A DNA stretch of 64,000 nt from Phyllobates terribilis (lineage: Eukaryota), in contig NW_027362797.1 in the NCBI RefSeq assembly GCF_046119375.1, positions 1,612,001-1,676,000 on the forward strand, in the 5' to 3' direction. The translations under genes and the position numbers were made by a program. Shown in pieces: positions 1-10,745 of this stretch. The notes below the pieces were generated by a model, which saw only the letters and a list, made by a program, of their open reading frames with translations, did not search any database and was not told where the DNA came from. Each line of letters starts with the position of its first letter. Position 1 is the first letter of the stretch.

Positions 1-431
1 TGGCAGGCTGCACACTTACGCTTGCATTCCAAGTAAACAAAGCAGATGCTAACTTCTATCATCATCATCATGCTCCTCACCATGGCACTCTGATGGAGAA
101 GCCAGGGCCCACCAGAGGAGTCTGGTTGTCTGGTGGGCTCGTCCAATGCTGCCCTAAAGCAGGCCAGGCTAAGAAAAGTGTGGGGAAGGTTACCGGGACA
201 AATAGTGGCGGCTGGGGACAGAGTATGGAGACCTCGCTGCCGAAGCAGCCATGAGGTAGTGGCCAGCTTCGGCCTCCTCCAAACGAAAAGGCCCCATTTC
301 AGGTGCAAGCTAGCAGTATGGTATTGCAGCCTGCGGGTGGGTGGGTGGTTGGCTGCATATTTGCGCTTGCATTACAAGGAATGGGGGAGGTATAATTGAA
401 CACTGCCCTGGGACAAGGACTTGCATGGGGA

Positions 432-570
432 TAATTGCAAGTCTGCATCTTCTGATGCGGCAAGGATCACTTCTGATGGGCACACTTTTAGGCAGTGACC
501 TGGGTGTCAGAGATGCTTCCAGGGGTCTTCCCTATGCTGTTCCCATGTCTTTTCAGCACTGTATGCATGT
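432..570 (-). mobile_element. Fragment of hAT-type non-autonomous family (same family as 30366-40592)
   Basis: gtgacctgggtgtcagagatgcttcc...tcccatgtc resembles 24636-24710 and the reverse complement of ~30535-30605. Confidence 0.5.
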
Positions 571-701
571 GTCACACAGCACATGGCCAGATAAGGTTGT
601 AAAATGTTAAAATGACATTTCCCGGTGAATGCATTTGTCACGGTTGAAAGCAATACAAAAACACATAAAAAATGCTACTTGTGAACATAGACCAAGGTGT
701 G

Positions 702-856
702 GAGGAGTATTTTTGTTTTTGTTTTTTTATTTTACCTTATACACAAGTCTTTACCCTGGAAAGGATGTTCCTTAACATATTTCGCAGGAAAACAGTTTCA
801 GTTTCGTTTTTGAACGTTTTATTGTGAGCCTGCAAACGTGGCTTAATACCTCTGAC
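702..856 (-). mobile_element. Fragment of hAT-type non-autonomous family, subterminal region
   Basis: Inverted near-copy of ~30615-30765 (ggtcagaggtattaagcc...ccagggtaaagacttgtgtataaggtaaaata). Confidence 0.65.
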
Positions 857-1400
857 CAGGGCCGGCTTAAGCACCCGGCGCACCTGGGCAAGTGCCGGGG
901 CCCTGAGCAGGAGGAGGGGCCCACTCGCCATTGGGCACCCACCACGCTATGGAACCCGTGAGCGGAGAAGAGCGGTGTCAGCGCCCGCCACCCCCCCGCT
1001 TGCTCAGGGCCCCAGCAGCCGGCACAATACTTACCTCTCCCCGTGCCTCCGCAGCGTCTTCCGCGTCCTCTGACTGTGACGTCTCAGGTCAGAGGGCACG
1101 GTGATGTCTTTACACCGTGCACGCTCTCTCCTGAGCTGTCACAGCGCAGAGCAGGAAGACATGGGCGACGCTGGAGTCTGGAGCAGCAGCAAGTGAGAAG
1201 TGAGGTGAGTATTTGATTTTTTTTTTTCATGTATGGGGGCATGGGGCATTATATGGTTGGGTGGTGACATCCTGCATGGGGCATTATAAGGGAGGGGAGG
1301 GGGTGTGACATCCTGCATGGGACATTATAAGGGAGGGGGGGTGACATCCTGCAAGGGGCATTAAAAGGGGGGGAACATCTTGCATGGAGCTGTTATAGCA
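857..1400. mobile_element. Left end of a CAGGGCCGG-type hAT-like MITE with GC-rich imperfect hairpin core and short G-rich tandem repeats
   Basis: Starts cagggccggc; hairpin core 1027-1210; repeats of gggcattataagggagggg...gacatcctgcatgg; partner end/TSD not established. Confidence 0.45.
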
Positions 1401-1846
1401 GAAGATGGAGTCCCTCAAGTTTAAAGGCCCCATCTATGCTATACAAGTCTGACAGTTATTTTAGGTAAAAAAAAACAGCAAGCTGAAATGTTCCTTCTTG
1501 TATCAATAGCATGTCCTTGCTAAAAAGATAACATGTACTCCCTGGCCAGATATTTCATCTTGTAGCAATAATGTGTTCTTGCAAGAAGATAAAATGGCCT
1601 TGCTAACCAGATAAGTCTAATTAAATATTTTAAAGCATACAGAAACTAGCTTTTTTTCGCTTGTTCAGCTAAACTGTATAATCGAACCATATATGGCAAA
1701 TCCGTTTCCTGCCTTCAGGGTGTATATTAGCCCTGTGTTTTGTAATAAAGGTTAGAGTATGTTTAGACACAAACATCCTGTCCTGTGTCTTCTTCTCTCC
1801 GATATCGTAATCCAAAGGATAGAAGACCAAGAATGTAGTGACGACA

Positions 1847-2056
1847 GAGCGTTATATGGGGGTCAGTATTCTGTATGGAGCGTTATATGGGGGTCAGTAT
1901 TCTGGATGGAGTGTTATTTGGGGGCCAGTATTCTGGATGGAGCATTTTATGGAGGCCAGTATCCTGTATAGAGCGTTATATGGGGACCAGTATTCTGTAT
2001 GGAGCGTTATATGGGGACCAGTATCCTGTATGGAGCATTTTATGGGGACCAGTACG
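1847..2056 (+). repeat. 31-bp tandem repeat, ~7 copies
   Basis: Unit ~gagcgttatatggggaccagtattctgtatg. Confidence 0.85.
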
Positions 2057-2404
2057 ATGTAACGGGGAACCTGATCCTGCGATCAGACCTGCTAAAGTCC
2101 TCGGCTAGTCTGCACGAAGACCTATAGATGCAAGGGAGGGATCCCTACAAGAACTAGGGACTGGGATAAAGTTGGGCACCTCCTAGCAGAAATTGTAGCA
2201 GTAAAAGACAAACACACAACATAGAACATAAAGGTCCGAAGACCAAGCTAAACTGACTGAGAAAGGTAGCTAAGCACCAGGCTAACTTAAGAGTAGAAAT
2301 TACAATGAAGTCCAGCAAGGCCAGGAGGGCGGAGCAGGATTAAATAGGCAAACAAAGTCATGTGACCAGCAAGATAGAAAAAACCTAACAGGAGAGTTCT
2401 AACA
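2053..2404 (-). mobile_element. Truncated, diverged LTR related to Gypsy B
   Basis: Aligns with the part of LTR 10315-10733 from tacgatgtaac to gttctaaca; first ~70 bp missing, no TSD. Confidence 0.8.
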
Positions 2405-2811
2405 ATCATAGGCCTAAATGCATATTCATAAAATATAAGAATTTTTGTATTAAATAAATATCTATTAACAGGTAATGGTAGGAACAAAGTGCACAGTGCA
2501 AATGGTTATATACAAAAAGGACACGCAGCAGTGGAGACATTATTCATAATGATGTCAATTCATACCATGTATACCATGCTAAAACCCTTCCGTAATAGGA
2601 CTGTGCCAATAAGTAACAAATCATATGGTCTATATATATAAAACTAAGTATTTGGCATGTCCTTACTGTCCAACATATGGCACTACCCAATCCAGACACA
2701 GCCTAATAGTACTATTCGTAGCCTATCTAGAAGGTAAATTCCACATTGGGATAAGTATTCATAACACACTGGTGTAAACGGAAGGCAGCAAGTCTCCAAC
2801 AACAGTACGGC

Positions 2812-2851
2812 TGTCCCAACACGAGTTTCGAACTCCCTTCGTCAGGGGGCA
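2812..2851 (-). ncRNA. Degenerate minimal type I hammerhead ribozyme (PLE-associated)
   Basis: Minus strand tgcccc-CTGACGA-a-gggagttc-GAAA-ctcgt-GTT-gggaca: catalytic core, short stem II, GUU triplet, stem I with one mismatch. Confidence 0.55.
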
Positions 2852-3288
2852 TACAGAGTGTATAGTGCAGGGGTTTAAAAAGGGCACCAAATGACATCGC
2901 GGCCCAGGAAGTGACGCATGCGTCACCATGTCAACTGGTATGATAGCCAGCGTCATGTGACGGCAAGACGCCACGATCACATGGGAACCACATGACCCGA
3001 AGTCAGACGGCACAGAGAGCCGGCAGGGACCGCGGAAGTATAGCGCACATGCGTACAGGGTCGCGATGGATAACAAAGAATCCCATTCCAAGAATATGCA
3101 CACAATGACTGACACAGGTAAATATGAACATTGAAATCACAATATGGGCATAATCAAAATACAGAAAGGGCAGTCTGGCCACAACACCATAACCATTCAA
3201 ATATCTAGATCATATAGATATAGCATGTAGACTGCAAGGAAGGTATAAAATAAAACCATGTCCATATGTTAACATTGACTCATATATA

Positions 3289-4402
3289 CAGGTACAAAAA
3301 GTGAAACTCATATATTATATACAGTCATTACAGAGTGATCTATTTCAAGTGTTTATTTCTGTTAATGATGATTATGGCTTACAGCCAATGAAAACACAAA
3401 AGTCATTATCTCAGTAAACTAGAATAATTAACAAAAAACACCTGCAAAGGCTTCCTAAGCATTTAAAAAGGTCCCTTAGTCTGTTTCAATAGCCTCCACA
3501 ATTATGGGTAAGACTGCTGACTTGACAGATGTCCAGAACGTAACTGACACACTACTGACACACTCCACAAGGTCCCAAAGTTCCAATTTTCATGTGGAAA
3601 TCAAGGTCCCAGAGTCTGGAGGAAAAGTGGAGAGGCCACAATCCAAGCTGCTTGAGGTCTAGTGTGAAGTTCCCACAATCAGTGATGGTTTGGGGAGCCA
3701 TGTCATCTGCTGGTGTAGGTCCACTGTCTTTTATCAAGAACAAAGTCAGCGCAGCCATCTACCAGGAAATTTTAGAGCACTTCATGCTTCCCTCTACCGA
3801 CAAGCTTTATGGAGATGGAAATTTCATTCTCCAGCAGGACTTGGCACCTGTCCACATTGCCAAAAGTACCAATATCTGGTTTAAAAACAAGAGTATCACT
3901 GTGCTTGATTGGCCAGCAAACTCTCCTGACCTTAACCCCATAGAGAATCTATGAGGTATTGTCAAGAGGAAGATGAGAGACACCAGACCCAACAATGCAG
4001 ACGAGCTGAAGGCTGCTATCAAAGCAACCTGGGCTTCCATAACACCTCAGCAGTGCCACAGGCTGATCGCCTCCATGCCACGCCGCATTGATGCAGTAAT
4101 TGATGCAAAAGGAGCCCCGACCAAGTATTGAGTGCATTTACTGAACATGCATTTCAATAGGCCAACGTTTCAGATTTTAAAATCATTTTTCAAGCTGTTA
4201 GAAAGTATTCTAATTTGCTGAGATAATAACTTTTGTGTTTTCATTGGCTGTAAGCCATAATCATCAACATTAACAGAAATAAACACTTGAAATAGATCAC
4301 TCTGTGTGTAATGACTTTATTTAATATGAGTTTCACTTTTTGTATTGAAGAACTGAAATAAATTAACTTTTTGATGATATTTAATTTTGTGAGATGCACC
4401 TG
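3289..4402 (+). mobile_element. Tc1/mariner element with long inverted repeats, internally deleted
   Basis: TA|CAGGT...ACCTG|TA ends; >100 bp of inverted terminal similarity (caaaaagtgaaactcatat / atatgagtttcactttttg); transposase remnant. Confidence 0.92.
3592..4131 (+). pseudogene. Tc1 transposase C-terminal half (second D and E of the DD34E triad)
   Basis: VMVWGAMS...QQDLAPVH...WPANSPDLNPIENL* continuing GIVKRKMR...GAPTKY*; in-frame stop at 3952-3954; N-terminus deleted. Confidence 0.92.
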
Positions 4403-4841
4403 TATATATGACACTTGTATAGTGCAATAGCCACGTCCTCATCAATACTACAACAAAGCTATAAATCTGTAAACACCTAGCAATAACAAAGTTACATAAC
4501 TGGTTGTACATAGTGTTTACAATTGAAAGCACATAATCACCAATGAAACTCCGCATAGGACTAACAATGTATCAATGTTTTTATATGGTGTAATATTGTA
4601 GACCTAATGTCAGGCACAGCAAAAAACAAACTGGCAGACCCATAGCATAGATAGTAGTACAGTCACTATAACACATATATATGCATATATAAATGAGGAT
4701 AACGTAAATAAGGAACCCTAGAGTATAAAAAGAAAACAAGTAAGCAAATAAAATTTATTAAAATCGGATAAGAACACTTGCAACAACCATGTGGACAAAT
4801 ACAAGCAGATAAGAACTAAAGCCACAATGATGGGTAATCAA

Positions 4842-5330
4842 TCACAGAAAGGATGCAAAGTTAATATTTTCATTCAGTCTGCTGGGATGTAGTGTATTGA
4901 GCTTCCAAATCCAGCGAGATTCTAACTGCGCCAATCTCGGACTAGTTTTACCTCCACGTCTGTTGGGTACAATAGAGTCAATCCCTCCAATTGTGAGGAG
5001 AGAACTGTCAAATTTGTGATGTAAATTAAAGTGACTTGGTATGGTCTTGAGTGTGGATGTATCCGTGTAGTCAGATGCTGCATCAATACCCAATACATGA
5101 TCACAAATACGCATCTTAAATTGTCGAGTGGTCAAGCCCACATAGATAAGTCCACATGGACAGGTGGCAAAATAAATAACCTTTTTTGTAGTGCAAGTGA
5201 TACGCTTCTCAATCTTGTAGGTCTTGGACCCACTGGAATTAAAGAACGTATCACTGCGATCAACATTGGGACAAGCTACACATCAACCACACAGAACACA
5301 TCCACATCTCCTACTGGCACCATCCAAGAA
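4842..5330 (-). pseudogene. PLE GIY-YIG endonuclease domain remnant
   Basis: ITCTTKKVIYFATCPCGLIYVGLTTRQFKMRICDH...LESRWIWKLNTLHPSRLN. Confidence 0.88.
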
Positions 5331-5521
5331 TGTGATCACATGACAAGGACGCCAGCTGGCATCGCGGTGAATGAAGTATGCGTCACTTTGTGGGCCGTGA
5401 TATCTTTTGGCGCCCTTTTAAAACCCCTGCACTATGCACTCTATGATCACTAGTATTAGTAAAATTATTGCTATATGTTACATACTATTACACTACAACT
5501 TTTCCTATGAATTCCTTTTAC

Positions 5522-8290
5522 TATGGAGAACCATGGGAGAGTGCATGATATTTTACCAAGGACCATGAGGAGTACAATATATTCTATGTAGGACCATATG
5601 GAGTGCATGATATTCTATGGGGGACCATGGGGAGTGCATTATATTCTATGGGGGACCATGGGGAGTGCATTATATTCTATGGGGGACCATGGGGAGTGCA
5701 TTATATTCTATGGAGAATCATGGGGAGTGCATTATATTCTATGGAGAATCATGGGGAGTGCATTATATTCTATGGAGGACAATGGGGAGCACATTATATT
5801 CTATGGAGGACCATGAAGGGTGCCTTATATTCTATGGAGGACCATGTGAAGTACATTATATTCAATGAAGGACCATGGGGAGTGCATGATATTCTATTGA
5901 GGACCATTGGGAGAGGTGCATTATATTGTATGGAGGACTGTAGGTAGCGCATTTTATTCTATGGGGGACCATGGGGAGTACATGATATTCTATGGAGGAC
6001 CATGGGGGGCGCATTATATTCTATGGAGGACCATGGGGAGTGGATGATATCCTATGAAGGACCATGGGTAGAGCATTATATTCTATGAAGGGCCATGGGG
6101 AGAGCATTATATTCTATGGAGGACCATGGGGAGTGCATTATATTCTATGGAGGACCATGGGGAGTGCATTATATTCTATGGAGTACCATGGTGAGTGCAT
6201 TATATTAAATGGAGGATGATGGGGAGTTGTATGGAGGAGCATGGGGAGAGGGGCATTATATTATATGGCTGACCAATTGGAGAGCATTATATTCTATGGA
6301 AGACCATGGGGACAGCATTATATTCTATGGAGGACCAAGGGGAAATAATTATATTCTATGAAGGACCATGAGGAGGGCATTATATTATATGGCTGACCAA
6401 TTAGAGAGCATTATATTCTATGGAAGACCATGGGAACAGCATTATATTCTATGGAGGACCATGGGGAGTGCATGATATTCTATGGAGGACCATTGGGAGA
6501 GGTGCATTATATTCTATGGAGGACTATAGGGTGCGCATTTTATTCTATGGAGGACCATGGGGAGTACATGATATTCAATGGAGGACCATGGGGGGTGCAT
6601 TATATTCTATGAAGAACCATGGGGACAGCATTGTATTCTATGGAGTACCATGGGGAGTGCACTATATTAGGTGGAATGATGGGGAGTGCCTTATGTTGTA
6701 TGGAGGAGGATGAGGAGAGGGGCATTATATTATATGGCTGACCAATTGGAGAGCATTATATTCTATGGAGGACCATGGTGGAATGCATTATATTCTAGGA
6801 AGGACCATGAGGAGTACAATATATTCTATGTAGGATCATAGGGAGTGAATGATATTCTATTGATGACTATGGGGAGAGCATAATATTCTATGGAGGACCA
6901 CGTGGAGAGGATGCTATTCTATGGAGGACCAAGGGGAGAGCATTATATTCTATAAAGGACCATGGGGAGAGCATTATATTCTATAGAGGACCATGGGGAG
7001 AGCATGATATTCTATTGAGGACCTTGAGCATTATAGGGCATTATTGTAACATGCAGAAGTAGTGCTGTTGCTTCCAAATCATCCAGCAACTGTTACAAAT
7101 AGCACAAGCACCGGAGATAGGAAGTGTTTTGCTCCAAAAGTATCCAGCAACTAGAGAGTTTAACACAGTCACCGGAGATAGGGATTGTTTTAGCAGAGTC
7201 CCAGGGGGATTGTGGGGAACTTTTTATTGTAGTCTGGCTGAAGCCGAAGAGAAAGGTGGCATGTTATCTGTATCTGACAGAAGGCAACTGAACAGGATTC
7301 AGATCAGGAGAGAAATTAAACACAGGTCAGATAAACTCCCTGAACTAACAGTGCAGAGTTTTATTGGGCAGGAAGATAAGGACTGAAATAAATTGTGTCA
7401 CAGGGATCATCTCCCTCATCAAACCCTCCCCCCTCCATCTCCATGCAGGATAAAGAATGCTGTGTACTATTGTGTCCTTGTGAAGGAAAAGCCTGTGTTT
7501 GGGTATGCATAGAAGTGTGCTTCTAAGAGATCTAATCTATGCTGAATTGTGCTACTGAAGAGTCTGTAATACTGTGCCTTGTGAAGAAACTACGGTATTG
7601 TTACTGGAGCTGGTTGCTCAAGAAATTCAGACTGTACTTTATTGAAGATTGTTGCTGTAATATCCCTGAATTACACTGAATCAGATTAAATTCCACTGTT
7701 AAACTGTTGAAAAAGACTCTTGTCAGATCTGTCTGGTCAGCAATTGAATCTATCGTGTGCCTGAGAGAAGCTGCAGCCTATGGTTGCCCTGAGTAATGGT
7801 TCCCCCAGGATTCCAAAGAATTCATGAAGCCCTTATCTGAACCTAGCAGCGTGCGTGTAACATTATATTCTATGGAGAACCGTGGGGGGTGCATTATTTT
7901 CTATGGAGGACCATGGTGAGTGCATTATATTAGATGAAGGATGATGGGGAGTACATTATGTTGTATGGAGGAGAATGGGGAGAGCATAATACTATATGGA
8001 GGACCAAGGGAATAGCATTATATTCTATGGAGGACTATGGGGGGTGCATTATATTCTATGGAAGAGGTTGGGGAATGCATGATATTCTATGCAGGACCAT
8101 GTGGGGTGCATTATATTTTATGGAGGACCATGTGGATGGAGTACATTGTATTATATGGAGGACCATAGGGAGTGCATTATACTATATGGAGGACTATGGG
8201 GATTGAATTATACTATATGGAGGACTATGGGGAGTGCAGAATACTATATATATGGGGGCACTTTTGTTGGCATTATACTTTATGGGGGCA
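5522..8290 (+). repeat. Degenerate 31-bp satellite array, split by a solo LTR
   Basis: Unit ~ggaccatggggagtgcattatattctatgga, dozens of copies on both sides of 7045-7862. Confidence 0.92.
7045..7862. mobile_element. Probable solo LTR (818 bp) inserted in the satellite
   Basis: TG...CA ends with TTAT on both sides (7041-7044, 7863-7866); non-repetitive sequence interrupting the array. Confidence 0.65.
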
Positions 8291-8340
8291 ATGAAAGAGA
8301 AGTCTAGGACTTCAGCAGTAGTAGAATTATTTTGTAAAGG

Positions 8341-9159
8341 TGTCATGTTACTGGCGATACTGGACTGGAGGTCAGTGGCCGGAGCAGATGTGTACAGGTG
8401 ACCTGACCGTGGGAAGACTTCTGGGGACGCAGTATATGGCGGTAGTAGTTCACCCTGTCAGCAGATGCAGTATATGGTGGTAGTAGTTCACCTTGTCAGC
8501 AGATGCAGTATATGGTGGTAGTAGTTCACCTTGTCAGCAGATGCAGTATATGGCGGTAGTAGTTCACCATGTCAGCAGATGCAGTATATGGCAGTAGTAG
8601 TTCACCATGTCAGCAGATGCAGTATATGGTGGTAGTAGTTCACCTTGTCAGCAGATGCAGTATATGGCGGTAGTAGTTCACCTTGTCAGCAGATGCAGTA
8701 TATGGCGGTAGAAGTTCACTATGTCAGCAGATGCAGTATATGGCGGTGGTAGTTCACTATGTCAGCAGATGTAGGGGCCCGCCCGAGCAAGGGCTGGCCG
8801 GGATCACACACGAGCACCAGGTTCGTTTAGGCAATAGAAGTTCGAGGTAGGAACGGCAGAGTTTTCACAAGAAGCAGGAAGGAGCCAGCAGAACACCTTC
8901 CAAATCAGGAGCTCAGATAATGCTTCACTTAGTTAGACTGAGCACCACAATACTCAGCAACAGGAAGCTGCACAGGGCCAGGTATATATAGCAGGTCCAA
9001 TCAATCTCAATCAGGGCGGGAACAATCAGAAGGGCAGGTGATGATCTCTATCCCAGACGAAGTTCATATGATTTCAGGCAGGAGTTAAACAAGTTCCGAA
9101 TAGCTCCACAGCAAAGGATCAGACTAGCAAGCAATGGGTCACAGGTTCAAATCCTAACA
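8341..9159 (-). repeat. Gypsy A 3' LTR (819 bp, nine 38-bp internal repeats)
   Basis: Direct repeat of 21037-21779; PPT aagaggggagtat adjacent. Confidence 0.96.
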
Positions 9160-9170
9160 ATACTCCCCTC

Positions 9171-9311
9171 TTAACGGCGGCCTCTGGATGCAATTTGCCC
9201 AGGCTTTGCAGGATACCGCTGATGAAATTGTCTAATCAAACGGGGAGCATTGACGTTGCTTACTGGTTCCCATGAATTTTCTTCCGTGTCGTAGCCCTGC
9301 CATTTGATTAA
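9171..9311 (-). pseudogene. Gypsy A chromodomain C-terminal part, separated by the piggyBac
   Basis: Rejoining at TTAA gives NCLQYLIKWQGYDTEENSWEP..., stop at 9171-9173. Confidence 0.9.
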
Positions 9312-9714
9312 CCCTCCGTCACATACAATAGGTCTGACAGGCACATCTCTTTTACTTTCATTTCTCCTTCCTCACCAGATTGTGTGGAAATCCCCTCCCT
9401 CCAGGTAGTCTCCTGTCTCTAGCAGCTCTGTGAAACCTCATACCACAGTTGGATTGCAGAGCTTCAGGAGGACAGATATAACTGCACTAATCTCTCAGGC
9501 TCATTGTATGTGAACACGTCACACTCAATAAGGTTGGTATTTTATGTTTTTATTCATCACAATTGTTTATTTAGCTTGTTTTATGAATGTATAGCACAAA
9601 GTGTGAGGATATTTCATAGAAATAAGGCAGATTAAAAAAGAAAGTGTGCTGCTCAGGCATATACAGTAGTTCCCTAACACATATTCCTTCTCTTGCTTCA
9701 GATTATCTGCTGAA

Positions 9715-10314
9715 ATGGAGAGGAAAATGTACAATTTATCAAAAAACCTTGATGTTGAGAAAGTAACAAATATGCTGTTAGATGATGCAGACCCCACACT
9801 GAATGAGGATTTAGGAGAGGAAAGTGAGATTGATTCTCATGATGAGGTGGAAGTATGTGAAGTGGATTCTGAAACAGAGCCAGATGGTGACAGTGATGAG
9901 GATGAAGATGTAGAATCTTATTATATGGGAAAAGATAAAAAAAAACAATGGAACAAGAAGCCACTCCAGAAAAAACGTAGGGAACCTCAAAACATTATTA
10001 CTCACCTTCCTGCAGTTATAGGAACTACAAGTAATGCAAAAACTGCAGTTGAATGCTGGAATAGTTTATTCGATGACATTCTGGACTCTATTGTCACATA
10101 TACCAACCAATATATAGACATTATAAAGGACAAGTTCATCTGCAACAGAACCATCAAGGCCACAGATGAAATAGAACTGGGTGCTTTTTTGGATTAGTAT
10201 ACCTTGCAGGAGCTTATAGGGCAAATAGACAAAGTTTGGAGTAAAGATGGGGATGGAGTTGAAAAATTTGGCCTTGTTATGTCCATAAACAGATTCAAGC
10301 TTCTAATTCGTTGC
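9715..10314 (+). pseudogene. piggyBac transposase N-terminal part (acidic N-terminus, frameshifted near 10195)
   Basis: Acidic tract then ...AVECWNSLF...; continues LLIRC into LRFDD across the Gypsy B insertion. Confidence 0.85.
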
Positions 10315-10733
10315 TGTTATGTTCTGCTACCAGAGCTAAGGAAAGAGAGGAGATCTGTCCCTACGATAGAACTCAGCTGAATCCCTACGATGTAACAGGG
10401 GACCTGATCCTGCGATCAGACCTGCTAAAGTCCTAAGCTAGTCTGTACGGAGACCTATAGATGTGGGGGAGGAATCCCTACAAGTACTAAGGACTGGGAG
10501 GAAAATGGACACCTCCTAACAGAAATAGTAGCAGACAGACGAACAAACAAAATATATAGAACATAGAGGTCCGTAGACCAAGCAAACTAACAGAGTTAGA
10601 TACAGAGCACAGGCTAGCTAGAAAGTAGTTATACAATGAAGTCCAGCAAAGCCAGAAGGGCGGAGCAGGATTAAATAGGCCAACAAGGTCATGTGACCAG
10701 CAAAGGAAAAAACCTAAGAGCAAGGTTCTAACA
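10315..10733 (-). repeat. Gypsy B 3' LTR
   Basis: Identical by eye to 14861-15279. Confidence 0.97.
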
Positions 10734-10745
10734 GTACCCCCCCTT

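Larger units (their letters stand above)
2405..5450 (-). mobile_element. Penelope-like element remnant (endonuclease end plus 3' region), interrupted by Tc1
   Basis: GIY-YIG coding remnant at 4842-5330 and a hammerhead-like motif at 2812-2851, both on the minus strand; outer limits approximate. Confidence 0.7.

Noticed and set aside
2053-2404. Complete solo LTR beginning at TGTAAC 2058
   Set aside because: Gypsy B LTRs extend 76 bp beyond that internal TGTAAC, and no TSD is present, so this is a truncated fragment.
5522-8771. Regular 31-38 bp repeats as a CRISPR array
   Set aside because: Head-to-tail tandem units with no unique spacers, no cas genes, and a eukaryotic context.
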